A stretch of DNA of 62,087 nt, the filler included, from Choristocarpus tenellus KU-1152 (lineage: Eukaryota > Protista > Phaeophyceae), in NCBI GenBank assembly GCA_964200185.2. It is 12 parts of 12 records of this genome, joined end to end, with 100 filler letters (N's around TTAATTAATTAA, not from the genome) between each part and the next. Parts side by side here need not be neighbours in the genome. Positions count along the whole stretch, not along the records: positions 45,149 to 49,218 come from CAXNAD020016386.1; positions 49,319 to 57,283 come from CAXNAD020005329.1; positions 57,384 to 62,087 come from CAXNAD020013398.1; 9 more parts are not named here. One strand, given 5' to 3'. The notes under the pieces were generated by a model. The model was not told where the DNA came from, did no database searches, and worked only from the letters and a program-made list of their open reading frames with translations. Position 1 is the stretch's first letter. The number at the start of each line of letters is the position of its first letter. Shown here piece after piece: positions 49,183-61,781 of this stretch. The position numbers and the translations under genes were made by a program.

Positions 49183-52100
49183 TCCTGACCCACCCCCTTT
49201 CTCCTTCTGCTCTGCTCCNNNNNNNNNNNNNNNNNNNNNNNNNNNNNNNNNNNNNNNNNNNNTTAATTAATTAANNNNNNNNNNNNNNNNNNNNNNNNNN
49301 NNNNNNNNNNNNNNNNNNCAGCCACGAAAGTAGTTTTGTAATTTAAAAGTTGTGGGAAGCAGCGTTGTCTGTTATATTTTATTTTATTATTATGCCCTCT
49401 GATATTTTGCAGAATGTATGCCATACATCGTTATACCGATTGAGGTTCCTTGTTGGGAATTCCCGGATTCCAGTAGAGGATCTTTCGTGAGATTGAGGAA
49501 TGGAATCTTTTTAAGAGACCAATCCCACAAGTAATGGATATCTCTTAAATCAGAGAGGTCAAACAACACAGATTCTCTTTGCTGTCACGTCTTCACATTT
49601 CTGATGATCCCTTCTCGTGATATCTTCCCTGCTCTGGAATTCTCTGCAATTTCTCTGCAGTTTTTACGCTCGTCCAACCTTAACCTAGTCCTCTTGGTTA
49701 CGGTCCGTCTTGAACCGTCTGGTCCGTCTTGCCCAGTGATTCTCTGCACCACCCTTGCCTGAGTGAACCATACCGCCATAGAATCATGCGATTCGCATGT
49801 TTTTTTTTATTATTATGCCCTCTACATTTTCCAGATGTATCAGGGAAAAAAACAATGAAAACTATTCACATATCAGAAAAATCCCTAAAAAAGTAATAGT
49901 TGTCATAAATGTGAATAATATCAATCTATTTGCTATTTTACTACCAGGTGTGCTGTACCACTACCTTCCTGTGCCTCCAGCCTAGCTTAGTCCTGTACCC
50001 AAGGGTGAGGAGCTAGGGAAGTATCCAAAGAGTCTAACAAGCCCCTCCTTGCTCATCTCCCTAGTGTCATACAGTTTGTAGTTTGTATCAAAATAGTAAT
50101 TCCCACTTCCTCCTGAAGTCCACTCCATAATATATGTGGTATCGATTTTTAAAATAGTATCCCAACATAGACATAGCGCAATATATATATATATATTTCT
50201 ATTGTTTTGTACCTGTAAGGAAACTGTCGAAGAGGAACTACACTCCAGCATAATATGCCAGTCCTCGTGCGTCGATTTATCTGAAAATTGGAATAGTGAT
50301 GCGACCTTGTGGGTGCCAAAGGAATATAACTACTGTCTTGTAGCTGTCTTGTAGCTGTCTTGTAGCTGTCTTGTAGCTGACAAGGAGCAGCTACCTACCA
50401 CGAGCTATTCCTCTTTGTGCCAATTGGAGTGTTGGCTTGGCTCCAAGTGCCAAAAAAATGTTCCTACTGTTTCCTGCTTGTCTTGAAAAACTGCCAATGA
50501 GGAGTTACATTCAAATGTTCTTGTACTAGCCTCGCGTGGCGATATTTGTGCGTGAACTGAACTAGTGACGCGACCTACACAGGTGCCATAGAATATATAC
50601 ACTCTCTTGACCTGTATTCTAACTACCAAAGAGGATCTACGTTCCAATGTTCTTGCGCAAGCCTTGTCTTGGACATTTCTTTGTGTTGATTGAGCTAATG
50701 ACGGCTACCTGCAGTTGAAAAATATGATATTGGTTTGTCCCTGTTTGTACCTGCCTGATCGTGGTGTGTACGGTGGGAGTCCCGTGATGCCACGTGTGCT
50801 AAGGGGGGAAAGAGGAAGAGAATGAAGCGGAGTGGAAGATGTGTAGAGTGCAGAAGCTATGAAGATGCCATTTTCTTGGCGAAAGAGTTTCACTTTCTCG
50901 TTGGTCATATCATCAACATCGCAATAGGCAAAGGTGATCCGCAATGGCAGGAGTTGGAGATGGGTAGGTTGTTCTGTCACCTCAACAGAGGACCAAAAAG
51001 GGATGAGGAGAGTGACGACGAGATGCAGGGCACCATGCATACAAAAAGAGGGCACCTAAAGCCACCTGGGTTGATGTCCTTGACGCAAGCTAGGAGTTAA
51101 GCGAGGGGGATTGTTGTCACCAGCCCACATTCTGGAGATCAACAACAACGTACATAAAACACGAGATGAGGATGACAGTCTTGGGGCAGGTACAATGGAC
51201 TTTGCACCTATTGCAGCTACTCATTCTCCTACTGCTACTGACTGTTGTTACTGAACGTGCAACTAGTGGGTATATCATAAGTAAACTAACATCTGGCATT
51301 TTACTTCCTTCCGAGTCCTTGTGCTTTGTCCTTTTACTTTCTATCCACCATTCGTGTCTATTTGACACCTCCCCCCTGTCTCCTCGTTGATCCATGCATA
51401 TTATTCTGTCTTCATACCATCCAAACTTTGTCGTTTTTTTGCTTGTATTCTTTGCCTTGTGTTGCTTTTCCAGCGCATGAATGGACAGAAGTACGCCTTA
51501 AACGCAATCAGGTGTTCTCGTCAAATCCTATTATGATAACATCTTTACTGAATATTCTTCGCCTGTCCTTGGATCCATCCCCCCACCCACCCCCCTACAC
51601 TTCCACCTTATTCTTATAGAATTATTCGTTCCCTCTCTGTATTTCTCGTTCTTTAAATCGATACTGTGTGCATATTATATAAGGTATGTTGTATGAAACA
51701 CATACAGATATATCCTAGTACATATTGCGCATTGCGTGATGTTTCATACATTGCCTGCAGAGTGTTGTGTGTACAAGTACTATGTTTTCTATGTCATATT
51801 AGAGAGTGGGCTATCTTTTCCTTTATACCTAATCCAGGCACAGAGTCTGTATTTTACATTTTCTACCATAATCCATCTACGCCTAACCATAAATGTCGCT
51901 TAAGTTATGTCTTCATCCGCACCCTTGTAGTGTTGGAAGCGGTTGGTGTGTGTGTGTTTGTGTGTGTGTTTGTGTGTGTGTTTGTGTGTGTGAGAATAAT
52001 TTTCAATTAAACGGTTGATATATTTTCGTTCGATAACAAACGTTGTTGCTGCTGCTCCAATTCATCAGTCAGGTAGTATGCGTACTATACTTAACATGCA

Positions 52101-52787
52101 AGTATATGCGTGTTCCACACACACAAGCGTACATGGAGCTGCTGTATTTAGTAATGCATACTACGTAATCAGCATAACAACAGTCCATCGTAGTTGGCTA
52201 TTAGTCATATGTAACTTTACTTCCATTTACTACCAGATATTTGTCTGCCCGTACACACGTATGTACCTCAATCACACTAACTACTCCAACCTAGCAGCAA
52301 CACCACGATCTACAGCAACAACCAACAAGGATCGTGACGATAATTGTGAATCTCGAGGATGAGAAACGTGTGGGTTTTCCAACAAACTCTTCTTTATTAT
52401 TTCTTCAATAGTACTACCATCAATTATTACTGCCACTACTGCTACTTCTAAGTACATCGTGATCATCAATCATCGAGTCAATTACTTATATTCAAACTTG
52501 TCCTTCTTGTATCATCTACTCATAAGTAGAACTACTAGTAGTAATAGGATGTAGTACTGGTACAATTTGGTTATTGTCGCCATTAGAATGATATTTTGTC
52601 ATTTAACATGATTGGCATCCACCTTCAAGTCAAAACAAAGCGAGAGTAAGGCAACCGAGCCAAACCAATGAAGAGTTGTGTAAAAATGTAACTACTACTT
52701 TTTTTCTGTTTTGTTACTGCCAAAGGGGAGCTTTCTTTCAGTGTTTTGCGCAACATATGTCTTCGTGTGGCGATATCTTTGTTTTTT

Positions 52788-52971
52788 GAGCCAAAGTATC
52801 TGTGGAGGGGGGGTGGTGGCTGTCAATTTGGGACCAATTTTTTCATGTTGCGAATTTTGGGTGATTTGGTTGCATACGTTGGATGGATAATGTAAGTGCA
52901 CTTTTCCTGGTTTTGGCCCAGATGGACACCCTGGTGTAGACCCCCCTCCCCCCGACCAGATACTTTGGGTC
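52788..52971 (+). mobile_element. MITE subtype B, complete
   Basis: TIRs GAGCCAAAGTATCTG / CAGATACTTTGGGTC, flanked by TTT on both sides. Confidence 0.8.
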
Positions 52972-55025
52972 TTTATGCTGAAGATGGGGACATGCTGAGA
53001 TAAGGAATTGGCCATATCGAGCAATAATCCGCGGTCTACCTCTGTTGCTCTTATATTACGTTAGCTAAAGTTCAACATAATGTTGTCCACTGAGTTTTGA
53101 CCCCTTCTAGATGTGGAGACAAGGTTCCAGCTGTTCTTCTTAAACTCCGTGCCAGTATATTATACCTGGAGCTCTCAGGGACTGTTGTTGATCTGCCCTG
53201 GTCACATCAGCCAACTGCGCAAGGAGAAGGGACAACTATGGGATATGTGTTATCAGAGTCGGTTGTGGGTATAATCCCCCAGTCCTTGTCATGGTGGATA
53301 TTATTCCTTCTGCTGGCTGGCCATGTGCTGACCAATATTGGGCCTAGTTCATACGTCAGGGGTGAAGGGTTCCGAGGATTAGCTGCGAACGATTCCCTGC
53401 CGAACAGAGGCATCATCGAATGGACCAAGGTCGCAAGTGGAGCCGCATGGGTCAACGAGATAGGGTGTGAGACTCGAGCAAAGCTGGAAGAGACTTTGCG
53501 TGATTACTCTGGCCCCCCCATCAGTTACCCAGCCCACTGCAGGGTGTGGGGAGGATCTACCCTTGACATGCCCAGGGCTGCATGGTGGATATGTGCATCA
53601 CAGGTGGGGGTCATATGTGGGAAAAAACCTCATACTGACTACACATGGGATCCAGGTGGTATGGTGACTCTTCAGGAGGCGATGCATTGGTTTGTAGTTT
53701 GGATAACGGGACACAGCTTCAGGCTGCATTGAAGCAAACCTGGCTTATTGAAGCTGGACAAAGCTGTGCTTGCTATAGGAATACAATATCTTGATGTCCA
53801 GTAAGTATTGCAGTTTGATTTTGGTCTGAATAGACAACCTGGGCTAAGGATCCCCCGCCCCCTGCCCCTCTGAGATACTATGGGTCTGTGCCCAGATGGA
53901 GAAGTTGAAGCTGAAGAGGACTGAGGAGGACGAAGAGGGCGAGGTGAGGGAGGAGAACATCATTGCTCCCCCTGAGACAGAGGATGATATCCTCCTGAGT
54001 GTTCTAGAGCTTGAGAATGAAGAGCAGGAGAAGGATGTAGACGAAAAGGGAAGATGGAGACATGGCAGCCTGATTTAAGAGCTAAACCGATTACGAGGTA
54101 GGCAGGGTTGCATTTTAAAGATCCCTAGAAATGAGAAAAAAACATATTTTTTTACAATAGCAGAAAGAATCTTTGCTTTAATTGCGGTGTCACTTTGTGT
54201 GTGAAAGGGGTAATATACGTTTTACGTACACTATTGTATACATAAAAGCAATGAAATTGTGTATTGCACAGGATAAGAAATTTGACTCAGAATACAAAAG
54301 GGTGCGAACATTCCTAGTTCTCAATTGGTCTAGATCTAAACAAATATTGAGCATGCGTGAGCACAAAATACTTCAATATCCCAATTATTTTCAGTGATCC
54401 AAACATCATATCAAAAATTAGGACTGAAGATTTTCCCCACTCGGTAACATGCAGGGGTGTATATTGTATAGTGCTTGCCATGAGCAGAACCTTCGAACTA
54501 TCTGTTCTCTCTTTGCATTTTATACCTTGTACTCCAAATAGTTAAAGAAATACTTAGCATTTATTCCAAAAGTAAATGGTGGATTTTTTATGTCTCATAT
54601 CGCTCCCAACAGAACCACACAAGCATCTTAACATATGCTATCTGCCAGTGTCTATACTTCCTCAAGAACGGCATTGGAGTATCACTGTTCTCCCCAGCGA
54701 TGTTTAATTTCAAACCCACTCCAAAAATCTTGAAGTATCTGCCATAGCTTCAAACCATGTGATACTTACCGAAATTCGAATCTCCGTTCATAATACCACA
54801 TTCCCCTTGCCCTCACCTTTACACTTCATCTATTTTTTGTCCTATTTGAACAAGAATGGAAAGAAAACCGCTCATACACCTCCTATTGTAACAGGTTTCT
54901 TCAGTAACGATGTTTTACAATAGTACAATAAAGTAGCATTAAAATAATCATCGGATGTATTTTTTAAAGCATTCAGAGTGTTATATATTATAAAATGTTT
55001 ATAATTAGAATGAAAAGTTGGATTT

Positions 55026-55097
55026 ACATGGATCGTATAGTGGTTAATACACCACATTGTGGCTGTGGCAACCCGGGTTCGATTTCCGGTCTGTGCA
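55026..55097 (+). tRNA. tRNA-His(GUG), degenerate, probably a pseudogene
   Basis: D arm GTAT-AGTGGTTA-ATAC, anticodon arm CCACA-TTGTGGC-TGTGG, T arm CCGGG-TTCGATT-TCCGG. The acceptor stem ACATGGA/TCTGTGC has an A:C mismatch and two G:U pairs. No T4 terminator immediately downstream. Confidence 0.75.
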
Positions 55098-56333
55098 TTT
55101 GTTTACCTTGGTGGGATATGTTATTTTGTGGGATTAATGTCGTACAGGACATACATACTGCTGTACCCACTGACATTTGGTAGATGTTTTCATGAAGGGA
55201 ACAAAATAATTGTATTTACCTCATTCATCTCTGTTTTGTTGACCTTAAACACAAAGGACAAGATTAGTGTTACACCTAGAAATGAGGATATTTTTTTGTG
55301 TACGGAGGGTTTTGAAGTAGGGCATGTCACAAGGCCATTATCTCAAAAATGCTCTTCATCGCAGTCTTGAGATGGTGTATGGGCTCAGATGTTCGCTTTA
55401 GAAAATTATGTTTTTTATTTTTAGGGTATCTCAGTAAAAAGGGTTCAGTATAGAGAGAAAGGTTGATCGTCAACCACGTGTTGTTCCGAAACATCTGGTA
55501 GGATTTGTGGGTGGTCTTTTGACATCTGAAATCCCTTAGCTACATCCTTTGTCAATTCTACTTTAATGACGACTTCTGTCTCTACCCATGCCTTAACCAG
55601 CGCGAATGGTAAGTATGCGCGCGGACAGTCCAGAATGGCAGGTTCAAGTCACATATATGTATACTCCACATGATAATATGACGCATATGACGTATGATAT
55701 TCGCGATTTTTAGGGAAAAAATGTTGTAGATATATGTTATTTGAAGTAGGATACGTATATGTGTGTAGATGTATGTGTGTGTGACAAGTACATACACAGA
55801 TTCGCTTAATTGGAGAAAATAGCAATACGACAATCGGCATAGAATACGCAAAAACACCATACATAAACAACAGGATAAGTATACAAAGATTATTGACCCA
55901 AGATATATGATAAAATGACACGATATGCTGTCATTGCCCTACAACAAAATAACCAGGACAGAAGACGAGGGGCAGGGAGTGGAGTAACGCTTGAGCAATG
56001 CATATGCGGTATCTTGATTATCTTCTCACACATCAAAGTAATCGCCTCCTTGTTTACAACATAAAAATACACTCTAATCAGTCAGAGGAATCGGACCGCT
56101 GTATCGTATTGATATCGGTTCGTCTTGTTGATCGTTCAATTCTCAATCGTGAGATGCACCACCATTAGGAAGAAAGAGACGAAATTTTCTCTACCGACAA
56201 GCACTCATGATACCCTGATCCCTGATCCCTCTTACACCTAACGTGTTGCCAGGAGGTTGATGGTGTGTAAGTGACCAAGCTGAAGCAAACTTCCTGGAAG
56301 CTTGAGTTGAGAGGGAAAAGGATGTGCAAGAGC

Positions 56334-56498
56334 GGCTCAAAGTATCTGGACGGCTGTCCATTTTGGGCCCATTTTTCCACGTCGCGATTTTCGGGTGATT
56401 TGGTTTTGCATGCGTCGGATAGATAATGTAAGTATAATTCTCCCCATCAGCACCCAAATGGACACCGTGGTGTAGACCCCCCTCAGACACTTTGAGCC
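56334..56498 (+). mobile_element. MITE subtype B, complete, with 3-bp target-site duplication AGC
   Basis: AGC|GGCTCAAAGTATCTG ... CAGACACTTTGAGCC|AGC. Confidence 0.85.
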
Positions 56499-57118
56499 AG
56501 CAAATGCTCAAAGAACCCCAAAACGCATATAAAAGGCATTGGTCGAATATGGCTCATAAGCAACTCAAATGATGAGCGAGGACGTTTGTTTTACACGTGA
56601 AGTAGGAGGTTGGAAATTTTGTCCATCATGGGCACCAACCTGGTTTCCACCAACACCTGAAAGGTTCAACGTAGAGAGAGCCGGGCAGAATGCCTCACAA
56701 TACATCTGCGACGAACCTGGCAGATAGATCTGAGAACAAAAACACTTGTAATGGAACAGTGGATGAGATACTTTGTAGTGGTGTTCCTTATTGACAAGTC
56801 GGTCAACATCAAACCTCATATATATAGTGCTGAACCTCTGCACCAACGATCTACATCGATGCACCACCAACACATATGGAAGTGGCTGAAGCGAACCGAC
56901 CAATGGAAAACGGGAAGTTCACATGGGTCGAAGACACAATCTTCCAACTGAGGATCAAAGAAAAAGAGAGGTAGGTACCCAGGGTTACATATTGAGGACA
57001 GTGACAGATATACGAAAATTCGGCTTTATTTTTTGCAAATATGTATAGAACACTTTCTGAATTGTGTCAGAAAAGTTTCCAACAATAGAAGAATAAACAA
57101 TCTCAAGTAAAACTTAGA

Positions 57119-57283
57119 GGCTCAAAGTATCTGGGGGGAGTGGCGGCTGTCCATTTTGGACCAATTGTTTCATGTCTCAATTATTGGGTGATTTGGTTCC
57201 ATAAGTAGGATGGATAATGAAAGTGCACTTTTCCTGGTTTTGGTCCAAATGGACACTCTGGTGTAGACCCCCCCCCCCCCCCC
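57119..57283 (+). mobile_element. MITE subtype B truncated at its poly-C tract by the contig end
   Basis: GGCTCAAAGTATCTGGGGGG...GGACACTCTGGTGTAGA(C)n. Confidence 0.8.
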
Positions 57284-57642
57284 NNNNNNNNNNNNNNNNN
57301 NNNNNNNNNNNNNNNNNNNNNNNNNNNTTAATTAATTAANNNNNNNNNNNNNNNNNNNNNNNNNNNNNNNNNNNNNNNNNNNNAAAAAATTTAAAATAAA
57401 AAAAAAAAAAAAAAAAAAAAAAAGGCAGAAAACTAACAATTGCAACCAAAAGAAAAAAAAAAAAAAAAAAATCTAATATGATTTTTTTTTTAATGAACAC
57501 CACTACCGTACACTTCACCGAGCAACAATGACGCCTGTAGCCATATCCCTAACCCTAAATACACAACATTCTGGACCAATAAACTCACTTCAAAAATTCC
57601 ACAACATCAACATAGTAATGAAAAACTACGGTGTAATGACAG

Positions 57643-57780
57643 TGTAATATATATATATTAATAAAATGTAAATGTAATATATATATATTAATAAAATGTA
57701 AATGTAATATATATATATTAATAAAATGTAAATGTAATATATATATATATTAATAAAATGTAAATGTAATATATATATAT
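57643..57780. repeat. AT-rich minisatellite, ~30-bp unit x4+
   Basis: TGTAATATATATATATTAATAAAATGTAAA repeated; lies in an intron of BRR2. Confidence 0.9.
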
Positions 57781-57898
57781 TTTTTTTCAATGAGTCACAC
57801 TCCAGTACACGCACACACACACACACACACACAAACACACAAAAAGATAGAAGAACTAGGATGCACAGATCAATCAAGCACGAGCAGTGCAACCTCAC

Positions 57899-60800
57899 CA
57901 GGTCCACCCTGAACTGAAGGAGAACCGGGTCCGTATCAAGCTGGTCCTCGGGGATGCCATACACAACAGGGTTCCTCAGCATGCGCACATAAAGGTATGT
58001 GTACCCTAACCAGTCCACAGCATCTGAAACACTCTGTACAGTCCCCTGCACCACCTCAGCATTCAGGTTATCCGCAAGCTTGCTCACATACTGTTCAATG
58101 ACATCAAATGACATCAACGGACAACAAATCGCGTCAAAGGACATCAAATCAAAGCGTGATGTTCATTTTGATTATCATGATTATCATTACTACTATTTTT
58201 AACAATCCATCCATCCAGAGAAGAGCAAGGTATCACCAGACTAAACAGACATCTAAGATCGCTGAGGCTCATACAGTTGTTGCATTTAAATAATAATCTA
58301 CCTTATAGACAACCCTAGGTGTAACAAGTCGCAATTCCACAAAAACAAACATAAATATATATATATATATCTTCATTAACCTGGCTCTCCACAGGCAGCT
58401 GCTGATTGTTGAGGCTGAGGTAGTACTGTAGCTCAGTGTGCTGCGTGATGATGATGCCCTCCCCCTCGGAGTCATACTGAGGTCTTCCTGCACGACCCAT
58501 CATCTGTAAAACGGGTGCATGCATTATTATTATTATTATTATTACTACTACTACTACTACTAAAGCAATAATATGTAAGACGATCTCGTGTCCTTTAATC
58601 TTTATTTTATTTTGTCAATGTTATTGAAGTCACGCCTGTACAGTTACGCAACTATCATTTTACGAAACTAACCCTAACCCTAAATACATTCAATTCGAAA
58701 CTGTCGTCCCTAACCTTAACCAACCAATCAACCACTCCCTCCCCAACACACCTACACCCCAAACAGAGGGCGCCCACCATCACCTGCCCCACTACAACCA
58801 ACCTTCAGGTAGGGCTAGGCATGGCTTCAAGACACCTCACCTGGAGGACATCCAACGGACTGAGCTCTACCCACTTCCCCTTTTCAGGGGAGTACATCTG
58901 TGTACCCTTGAGGATCACAGTATGTGCTGGAAGATTCACACCCCATGCCAGAGTTGCGGTGGAGACAAGAACCTGTTTTTTTTTTATTATTATATATTAG
59001 AAAAAAAATAATGCATGATTGTGTGCACGATATGTATATATATACATACTCGGGGTGATGACTCCTTGCCTGTCTATCGAATATGGGTCACATGTATCAT
59101 GGGTACCTATGTGTAATAAAATACTATTTGTATATACATACAACTAAACGCCTCCATCTCTTATCAACAATAAATCTCAGTGCATTCACACAAGTACAAC
59201 AAACAAAAAAATTCTGCAACATTCAACTACCAGTACAATACATCAAAAAATTTCCGTGTTTTCAACTTCCAGTACGCCAGATCAGCATTAACAAAAATAC
59301 ATCCACTCTAATCTCCACAAAACAAAAGAAACAAAGCATTTAACACCGTATCACAAAAAAAAAGAAACAAAGCACCGGTAGTATCATTCCTCATCATTCA
59401 CAAAAAAAAACTTGCTCAAAAAAGGAAAAAAAGGAAAAATAAAAGCCAACCAAAAAAATAAGCACAAAAAAACAAAACAAATAATGGACGCAATCTCATT
59501 TCACTAACTGACCCCCTCTCACGAACACACCATTCAAAAAGTAAAAAAAATATTGTTGTTTCCCCCTGGGTCGTGGAAAGGTATACCTTCAAAAACATTA
59601 TATACACTATGTATGTAACACCGTATCACAAAAAAAAATGTTATTGCCCCCAGAGTCATGGAGAGGTATACCTTCAAAAACATTACACACTATGGAACAT
59701 ATCAAAATCAATAAATATAAAAATTGATAATTGACCCAGAGTCATGGAGAGGTATACCTTCAAAAACATTACACACTATGGAACATATCAAAATCAATAA
59801 ATAAAAAAATTGATAATTGACCCAGAGTCATGGAGAGGTATACCTTCAAAAACACTACACACACACAATCACACTATGCAACACATCATAACTCAGCAAA
59901 AAGTTAGTACCTGAATGTGCTTCTCCAGGAAGAGGTCCTCCACCGTACTCCTATCATTCTTTGTCATTCCGGCATGGTGAATACCAAATCCGTATGGGAG
60001 AATGTCCTGTTGAATATATATGGTTCAAAACACGATTAAAAAGTAGCATATAAAATAAAATAAAATAACATCAAACAAATTTATATTGCAACTTTTTTTT
60101 CCTTAAGACACATTGAAAAAAAAATAAAAAAACGGACCAATGGAGTACTCAAAACCATTTATATATAAATATAAATATATTTGAGCACTTCCTCCAATGT
60201 CACATTACACCATATCACATCATATCATATCATTTTCATGGCAGGAAGAGATGAACAAGTACCCGTGCCAACTGAGTAAAAGACGGTTTGGGTGCACACA
60301 GAATGAAGAGAAATTATTTTTTTCATTTTTCACTCCACTTACGATTTATCACACCCCATCTCTTTCAAAAAAAAAAGTAGTAACAATTATAAAAGAATAA
60401 TAATAATAATAATAGTTTATAATCAAGGACCACAAAAAATCCTCTTCTCTTTCAGCACTTAGAAATACTCAATAATAATAATAATATTAATAGTAATATT
60501 ATTATTATTATTATTATTATTACATGTATTGTACACACCAAAATGCTCACCTCTATTTCGCACAATTCTTGAAAACATAATAAAAACTGTAATGTAACTA
60601 CAACACACAACAAAGGGACTATTCCGTACTACTACCACTAATAATAATAGTACACACACCTTCGGGTCCTCAAGCAATACTAATCTTACTACTACTACCA
60701 CTACTAATAATAGTACACACACCTTCGGGTCCTCAAGCAATACTAATCTTAATACCACTACTACTAATAATAGTACACACACCTTCAGGTCCTCATTCTT

Positions 60801-61700
60801 TGCTTCATCTGCCTCATCCCTCAGAGCCCCTGCAGATGCAGAACCTTCTCGAATGAACATACTTACTGTGTCCCTATCCACAGTCATATCCCTGTCACAC
60901 ACCAAGCAACAAAATTAATATATATATATATATATATATCGGCATTAGACAGGTTTAGGGGGGGGGTAGGAGGAGGAGGAGAGCCCTCGCCCACTTGTGG
61001 AGGTATATGTACACACATATAGAAAAATAAAATGTATATATTGTTTAACCCTACACACATCATCACAGACAAGACAAAAAAAATGAAATAAGTAACACAA
61101 GGGATGAGCAAAAGGGATGATTACCCCCCATACAATAATAGTAACTATTTTTCATGTAGCAGACTGCACTATATACATACATATATACATGTGTACCAAC
61201 ATGACAAGTACACCCACTTCAGTAGATCCTCCTCCTAGTGCATGACACCATGGACAGCTTTAGGGTACACCTTTCACAGTCAGCACCGATTACCTTCACA
61301 TTGTCATACCATACCCACCATACCCACCAACCCCCCCATTATTGGCCAAACACGACCTAGCTAGTAACAACGGAAATCTGTTAGTTTTTTTTTTGTCAAC
61401 CTAACAAAAACCAAACTAGACCGTACTGATCAATCTACCCACTGACACTAAATTAAGTAGTAGGTGAAATGGGTGATCATTAGTTCTGAAGACACCATCC
61501 TTCTGAGCCTGCTAGTTGCGAATGGTCAATTTCAGTCCTTCTGAGGGTTATAAAACATTTTAAAACTTCTGGCAGTACACTTAAAACACACTTAAACCCC
61601 ATTGTAGTAGGTAATACCTGAGTGCCTTGGCTGTCTTAGCCGTCTCTGCCCTAGAGTGCACAAATATCAACACTTGATTACGACCAGCCTGTGCCATTAC
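57899..61700 (-). CDS. BRR2: U5 snRNP 200-kDa helicase, internal fragment (exons 61700-61618, 60891-60783, 60006-59911, 58972-58841, 58503-58381, 58090-57899)
   Basis: Ski2-like helicase motifs [79 protein letters not shown] and [15 protein letters not shown]. All introns are GT-AG and phase-consistent. [11 protein letters not shown] and LPYGF favour BRR2/SNRNP200 over ASCC3. Confidence 0.95.
59563..59860. repeat. Intronic tandem repeat, ~85-bp unit x3-4
   Basis: CCCAGAGTCATGGAGAGGTATACCTTCAAAAACATTACACACTATG... recurs at ~59565 (diverged), 59649, 59735 and 59821. Confidence 0.9.
60640..60795 (-). repeat. Tandem triplication of a BRR2 exon end plus 5' splice site (60/63-bp unit)
   Basis: GAGGACC(T/C)GAAG|GTGTGTGTACTATTATTA occurs three times, with junctions at 60783, 60723 and 60660. 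Confidence 0.9.
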
Positions 61701-61748
61701 CTGAAAAAAAAGAAAGGTAAGTGTGAGTATGTGTTTGTGTATGTGTGC

Positions 61749-61781
<33 letters not shown>

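Noticed and set aside
50334-50378. (TGTCTTGTAGC)x4 and other small tandem repeats and microsatellites (22810-22855, 47072-47121, 51946-51992, 61750-61782)
   Set aside because: Ordinary slippage repeats with no further structure.
53097-54078. 211-aa and 60-aa ORFs on the + strand
   Set aside because: No recognisable domain or convincing splice structure. Probably decayed repeat-derived sequence, so not called.
56560-56960. Possible Ty1/copia gag remnant (…QHIWKWLKRT…)
   Set aside because: The resemblance is too weak, and no LTR, PBS or pol motifs are nearby.
2973-57383. Regularly recurring TTAATTAATTAA motif, and apparent clustering of pheA, BRK1, LHCF, UGGT, SZT2 and BRR2
   Set aside because: The motif is an artificial six-frame-stop linker inside N runs. 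The contigs are unrelated, so no gene cluster or synteny can be inferred.
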